The notes under the pieces are model-generated. The model was not told where the DNA came from. It did no database searches and worked only from the letters and a program-made list of their open reading frames with translations. A program made the translations under genes and the position numbers. A stretch of DNA of 64,000 nucleotides from a virus (Duplodnaviria > Caudoviricetes), in the IMG/VR virus record IMGVR_UViG_3300032332_001787, positions 166,098-230,097 of that record. The stretch is one strand, 5' to 3'. Shown one piece after another: positions 60,405-64,000 of this stretch (the stretch's first letter is position 1; every line of letters begins with the position of its first letter).

Positions 60405-60575
60405 TTAAGGATATCCACCGTCAACTATGCCAAGATTAGTGTTGATAAAATTTAGAATGTTTTCGGCTGTTATTTTTTGTGTTTCTGGAGATGATCCAGT
60501 ATTTTCATTTACCATAATCAAAAAATCATCATTTGCTAATCCGCTAGCTAATGGTAGTTCCGTTATTTTAGGCAT
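60405..60575 (-). CDS. Unannotated 56-aa virion-type peptide
   Basis: MPKITELPLASGLANDDFLIMVNENTGSSPETQKITAENILNFINTNLGIVDGGYP. Has the KITELP..A...DD..I.V....ETQKIT fibre N-terminal motif and terminal VDGG; fills an otherwise empty gap. Confidence 0.7.
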   Translation of the reverse strand: MPKITELPLASGLANDDFLIMVNENTGSSPETQKITAENILNFINTNLGIVDGGYP

Positions 60576-60624
60576 ACAATTAATCCATTCTTTAATTTTA
60601 ATTATTCTCTACTATGATCAATCA

Positions 60625-60645
60625 TAATATTCTTTACCCCATAAA
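60625..60645 (-). promoter_or_regulatory. Candidate promoter motif TATGGGGTA
   Basis: GCTTTATGGGGTAAAGAATATT upstream of the 56-aa ORF; matches GCTTATGGGGTAC at about 44231-44243. Confidence 0.3.
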
Positions 60646-60686
60646 GCAACCAATTATTTTAAAGTTAAATATAATATGGCTAATAA

Positions 60687-61346
60687 TTATGTAAAATAAA
60701 GAACCACAGCACCGCCAACTCCATTATTATTAGTTCCATTCCAACCACCACCACCCCTGCCAGCTATGTTGCGAGTCCCAACGGGGCTTGAAGTAAATCC
60801 ACCATAACCAAAAACTCCATCTCCACAATCACTAATTGATTGTCCTGCAAGAGCCACAGCTGTGAATAGTCCGCCTATTGAATTATTTGACTTAAGTCTC
60901 GGACAACCAGTTGCAGCAGCATTTCCACCAATGGCTCCACCTCTTAACAATGTTGTCCCACTCTGTGTTATAACAGAATAATCTCCTCCATTAGCTCCAC
61001 CATCACCGCCATAATAAATTCCTCCGAGATTACTGCTAGCGCGCACACCATTTCCTTCTCCTGTTATTGTGGTTGAAGAATAAATAACTTGACTCTCAGG
61101 TCCATCGCTATTACGAACTCCTACTGTATAATAAACTATATCCCCACCAAAAACAGACCATGTTTTATATGCAGTACCACCGGCTCCCCTAAATCCATAA
61201 CCAATAGCCCAGGCTTTCATTGTAGAAGCACCATTAGGCACTATATAAGAAAATGGAGTGTTACTATAGCTTGGATTTGTCAGAACAACTGCTATGGGAG
61301 AAAAACTTGGTGGAGATCTAAAAAATATTGGATGCCAATGTCTCAT
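60687..61346 (-). CDS. Glycine-rich virion protein (219 aa from the likely ATG at 61346)
   Basis: [18 protein letters not shown]...[10 protein letters not shown] glycine-rich pattern. ATG at 61346 overlaps the upstream TGA (ATGA), a better start than the track's 61376. Confidence 0.65.
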   Translation of the reverse strand: MRHWHPIFFRSPPSFSPIAVVLTNPSYSNTPFSYIVPNGASTMKAWAIGYGFRGAGGTAYKTWSVFGGDIVYYTVGVRNSDGPESQVIYSSTTITGEGNGVRASSNLGGIYYGGDGGANGGDYSVITQSGTTLLRGGAIGGNAAATGCPRLKSNNSIGGLFTAVALAGQSISDCGDGVFGYGGFTSSPVGTRNIAGRGGGGWNGTNNNGVGGAVVLYFT

Positions 61347-62158
61347 GAGAAATTTTGTATAATACCTCCGTACCAATTTGTACCATCGGATAAGAAGCTT
61401 AAAATATCTATCTTGTTTGCTCCGGTAGTTATATTAGGAGCAACTCCTCCACCTCCCCATTTTACTCCGCTAAATGTTGCCGTAAATGATCCTGTTTGTG
61501 TTATAAATAATGTAAGACTTGCAGCGGAAGATGCTGATGGCATAGTGAATATGCAATTATTATTTAATAATATTGTTTGAACATTACCATTAGTAAGAGA
61601 TATGGTTTTTGTTGTTCCTGAGTTACCAACTGAATATAACTGATCAACCGTTCCTGTAATTCCTTGTGTTCCTTGTACTCCCTGAATACCTTGAGCGCCA
61701 GCTCCGGCGATCCCTTGACTACCCATAGCTCCTTCCAAACCTTGAATTCCTTGAACGCCTTGACTGCCAACGGTTCCTTGAACTCCTTGAACGCCGTTAT
61801 ATCCATCAACGCCCTGAGTTCCTTGAACTCCTTGAACGCCGTTATATCCGTCAACGCCCTGAGTTCCTTGAACTCCTTGAGCGCCGTTATATCCGTCAAC
61901 GCCCTGAGTTCCTTGAACTCCTTGAACGCCGTTATATCCATCAACGCCCTGAGTTCCTTGAATACCCTGGACTCCAACCAAACCTTGACTACCTGCGAAG
62001 CCTTGAACGCCTTGTAATCCTTGGCTGCCAATAATACCTTGAACGCCTTGACTAGAGCTAATTACTAGTTCCCATGCGACCCCCGTCCATGACCAAAGAC
62101 GACCATTTGCTTCATATGTTTGTCCTATGACTGGTGATGTTGGGGGAGATAGCGGCAT
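61343..62158 (-). CDS. Collagen-like (GxQ) short fibre protein (271 aa)
   Basis: N-terminal [10 protein letters not shown]...WSWTGVAWE, long (G-X-Q)n run, C-terminal beta domain ending [14 protein letters not shown]. Confidence 0.75.
   Translation of the reverse strand: MPLSPPTSPVIGQTYEANGRLWSWTGVAWELVISSSQGVQGIIGSQGLQGVQGFAGSQGLVGVQGIQGTQGVDGYNGVQGVQGTQGVDGYNGAQGVQGTQGVDGYNGVQGVQGTQGVDGYNGVQGVQGTVGSQGVQGIQGLEGAMGSQGIAGAGAQGIQGVQGTQGITGTVDQLYSVGNSGTTKTISLTNGNVQTILLNNNCIFTMPSASSAASLTLFITQTGSFTATFSGVKWGGGGVAPNITTGANKIDILSFLSDGTNWYGGIIQNFS
61776..61955. repeat. Tandem 45-bp repeat x4 (GVDGYNG[V/A]QGVQGTQ)
   Basis: Units start at 61776, 61821, 61866 and 61911; each differs from the first copy by at most two substitutions. 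Confidence 0.95.
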
Positions 62159-62173
62159 TTTAATTCCTTTTTA

Positions 62174-64000
62174 TTAGCAGTTTGGACCATTAAGTGTTGG
62201 TGGTGGACTTGAACCATTAACAATAAACCATCCAGTTAGCGGCGGAAGATTAGCAGATGAATCATTTTGATAAAGTCTATTAGGATTATCTGGGTCTGGA
62301 TCTAAATCTTCTATGATCCACATGCCAGCAGAGGCTTCGTACTTTAGTTCACGACCACCTAAGCTATAAACGGGCCTTCCATTATAAACGACTCCATAAT
62401 TAATGTAAGTATTATTTATCGTCGGAGTTGCTGATGTTGTGTAAAAATCATTGGACACAAATAAATCCTGCCCAGTGTCATTGTTGAACCAGTACGAGGA
62501 TTGTCCTACTGGAGGGGTGCTAGAAGTTGAATAAATACCAGCAATCCATTCTGAATTCAAAACATCAGCAATATACCAATAAAGTATATCTGGTTCGCCA
62601 TTGTAATAAATGGCATAGTTTGTTCCAGCTTTTGTATACTTTGGTCTTGTTACTCCAGCAAAAGTGAATGCTCCATCTTCACAATACTTACCACCATATG
62701 CGGTATTTGCTGCTACAAAATAGGCTGGTACAGAAGATGGGGCGGCTGTTGTAGTAGTGGTAGTGGTGGTTGTAGGCTCTGCTGTGGTTGTTGTTGTAGT
62801 CGTTGTAGTTGTCGGCTCTGGGGTAGTAGTGGTTGTTATAGCTGGTGGCCAAATAACTTTTAAAATATAGTTTTGAAAATCTGGATAAATATACTGTGTA
62901 CTATGTGTGGCAGAGTCTGTACCATTATTTGTTGCGTAGGGCCATTTGTTTAATACAAGTACACGATAATATTTTGTACCAGTATCTGGCGATATTGCAT
63001 AACCACTCAACTCGTAAGAGCCTCTAAAGTCCTGTGTATAAAGATCTGTCCAATTGGCGTCTTCTGTGTAGCCATTAGTAGCAATTTGAATTTTAACTGT
63101 TGTATCATTACCCGTATACCAAGAAACATCTGGCCCAGCATAATTGTATTCAGAAAGATATAGTAATACACTTTCATCTTGGATAGCAGAATATGTTTGA
63201 AAATTTAATCCGCTGTTAGGACCTTCTCTTGTGCTTCCACCTACCCATTGAGTAATAGGTTTATGCATAGGACTTAACTGAATAAATCTAACTTCATGAC
63301 TTGTAAGTGTTGTTACGCCATCTTCTGCTGTAATTATACACCGTAATTTTCCAAAAGGAGTTTGCTCAAAAGGATTATTGTAATCTGTCATGAAATTATA
63401 AAATTTATTACCATTGGTAATATATGTTGAAGACGTTGCATTTGGAATATTACGCCAGTCATAGTTACGATCATCACCGCCAAAGTAAAGATTGGGACCA
63501 TAAAACTGCCATTGGTATGTTTTTGTACCACCTCCCGCTACAGTAACGATGTAAGATACATCTTCATATTCTCCAGCATAATTGTTAAGTGGTTGACTAG
63601 TGATGGCGAATGGGATGTTTGTCGTGGTGGTTGTCGGTGAAGCCGTTGTAGTAGTTGTAGGCTCTACTGTTGTGGTAGTTGTTGGATTATAGGTATTTGT
63701 TGCGGTTCCGGGTCCGCATTCAAGATATGCTCCGACCCATTCATAGATTCGAGCAGTATCAGTAGCAAGGTAAAGGATTCCATGTGTTCCTTCAAGGGGA
63801 AAACCCAAAACATTTGCTGAGAAGAAAGCAGCTGCAATTCCCTGAATTCCCTGAGTACCTTGAACTCCTTGAGCGCCGTTATATCCATCAACGCCCTGAG
63901 TACCTTGAACTCCTTGAGCGCCGTTATATCCATCAACGCCCTGAGTACCTTGAACTCCTTGAGCGCCGTTATATCCATCAACGCCCTGAGTTCCTTGAAC
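62174..64000 (-). CDS. Partial collagen + Ig + Thr-rich fibre protein (>=608 aa, 5' end beyond the window)
   Basis: The track's 544-aa ORF frame is open to 64000 (1827 nt = 609 codons) through collagen repeats. Ig-like AITSQP...TYQWQ...LRCII; poly-Thr/Pro linkers. Confidence 0.8.
   Translation of the reverse strand, partial: VQGTQGVDGYNGAQGVQGTQGVDGYNGAQGVQGTQGVDGYNGAQGVQGTQGIQGIAAAFFSANVLGFPLEGTHGILYLATDTARIYEWVGAYLECGPGTATNTYNPTTTTTVEPTTTTTASPTTTTTNIPFAITSQPLNNYAGEYEDVSYIVTVAGGGTKTYQWQFYGPNLYFGGDDRNYDWRNIPNATSSTYITNGNKFYNFMTDYNNPFEQTPFGKLRCIITAEDGVTTLTSHEVRFIQLSPMHKPITQWVGGSTREGPNSGLNFQTYSAIQDESVLLYLSEYNYAGPDVSWYTGNDTTVKIQIATNGYTEDANWTDLYTQDFRGSYELSGYAISPDTGTKYYRVLVLNKWPYATNNGTDSATHSTQYIYPDFQNYILKVIWPPAITTTTTPEPTTTTTTTTTTAEPTTTTTTTTTAAPSSVPAYFVAANTAYGGKYCEDGAFTFAGVTRPKYTKAGTNYAIYYNGEPDILYWYIADVLNSEWIAGIYSTSSTPPVGQSSYWFNNDTGQDLFVSNDFYTTSATPTINNTYINYGVVYNGRPVYSLGGRELKYEASAGMWIIEDLDPDPDNPNRLYQNDSSANLPPLTGWFIVNGSSPPPTLNGPNC
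63858..64000. repeat. Tandem 45-bp repeat (>=3 copies, truncated by the window edge)
   Basis: Units start at 63858, 63903, 63948 and 63993 (partial); nearly identical to the 61776-61955 unit. Confidence 0.95.

Noticed and set aside
2184-61580. Numerous plus-strand ORFs of 60-163 aa in the track
   Set aside because: All lie antisense to long minus-strand genes, lack SD or promoter context, and translate as typical shadows of repetitive codons.
61564-62031. Alternative-frame ORFs with [14 protein letters not shown] repeats (also 63664-63981)
   Set aside because: These are out-of-frame readings of the 45-bp collagen repeat, which happens to lack stops.
61776-64000. 45-bp repeats as a CRISPR array or DGR template/variable pair
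   Set aside because: The units are tandem with no spacers, in-frame coding, and show no adenine-specific mismatch pattern; no cas or reverse transcriptase gene is in the window.
61700-64000. Apparently higher GC at the right end as a sign of recent acquisition
   Set aside because: Spot counts were inconsistent and are largely explained by Gly/Thr/Gln-rich coding; a sliding-window computation is needed.
1-64000. Stop-codon reassignment, inteins or introns in the giant ORFs
   Set aside because: Very long ORFs are intact under the standard code, TAA, TAG and TGA all end genes, and no Hint or homing-endonuclease signature or interrupted gene was recognised.

Overview
This window is the virion morphogenesis region of a large, AT-rich tailed phage, probably siphovirus-like: a tail tube gene is present, but no sheath gene lies between the tail terminator and the tube. 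All credible genes are on the minus strand; plus-strand ORFs look like shadows. Reading in the direction of transcription (right to left): collagen and Gly-rich fibre genes; a head-tail adaptor; about 23 kb of fibre/adhesin genes including a 4198-aa giant; head closure, neck and a lectin-fused tail terminator; tail tube; two apparently paralogous tail chaperones; a 5862-aa tape measure protein (TMP); then tail-tip genes running off the left edge. The strongest signal is the TMP. It is punctuated by eight GTDTVPAMLTPGEFV-type repeat modules and many AxGG linkers that bracket apparent enzyme domains with intact catalytic motifs: two PD-(D/E)xK nuclease-like domains, a P-loop kinase, a HIGH-family (NadD/NMNAT-like) nucleotidyltransferase and a HAD phosphatase, plus an EF-hand pair followed by Gly-zipper helices. 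This suggests a TMP that doubles as an injected multi-effector polyprotein. Reading by eye also found two unannotated small ORFs, two ORFs open to the window edges, a terminator just upstream of the TMP, a sigma70 promoter inside the structural operon, nested LamG domains, and a 45-bp repeat shared by two adjacent fibre genes. No tRNA, rRNA, CRISPR array, integrase or transposase was seen. Domain calls come from motif recognition by eye, not database searches.
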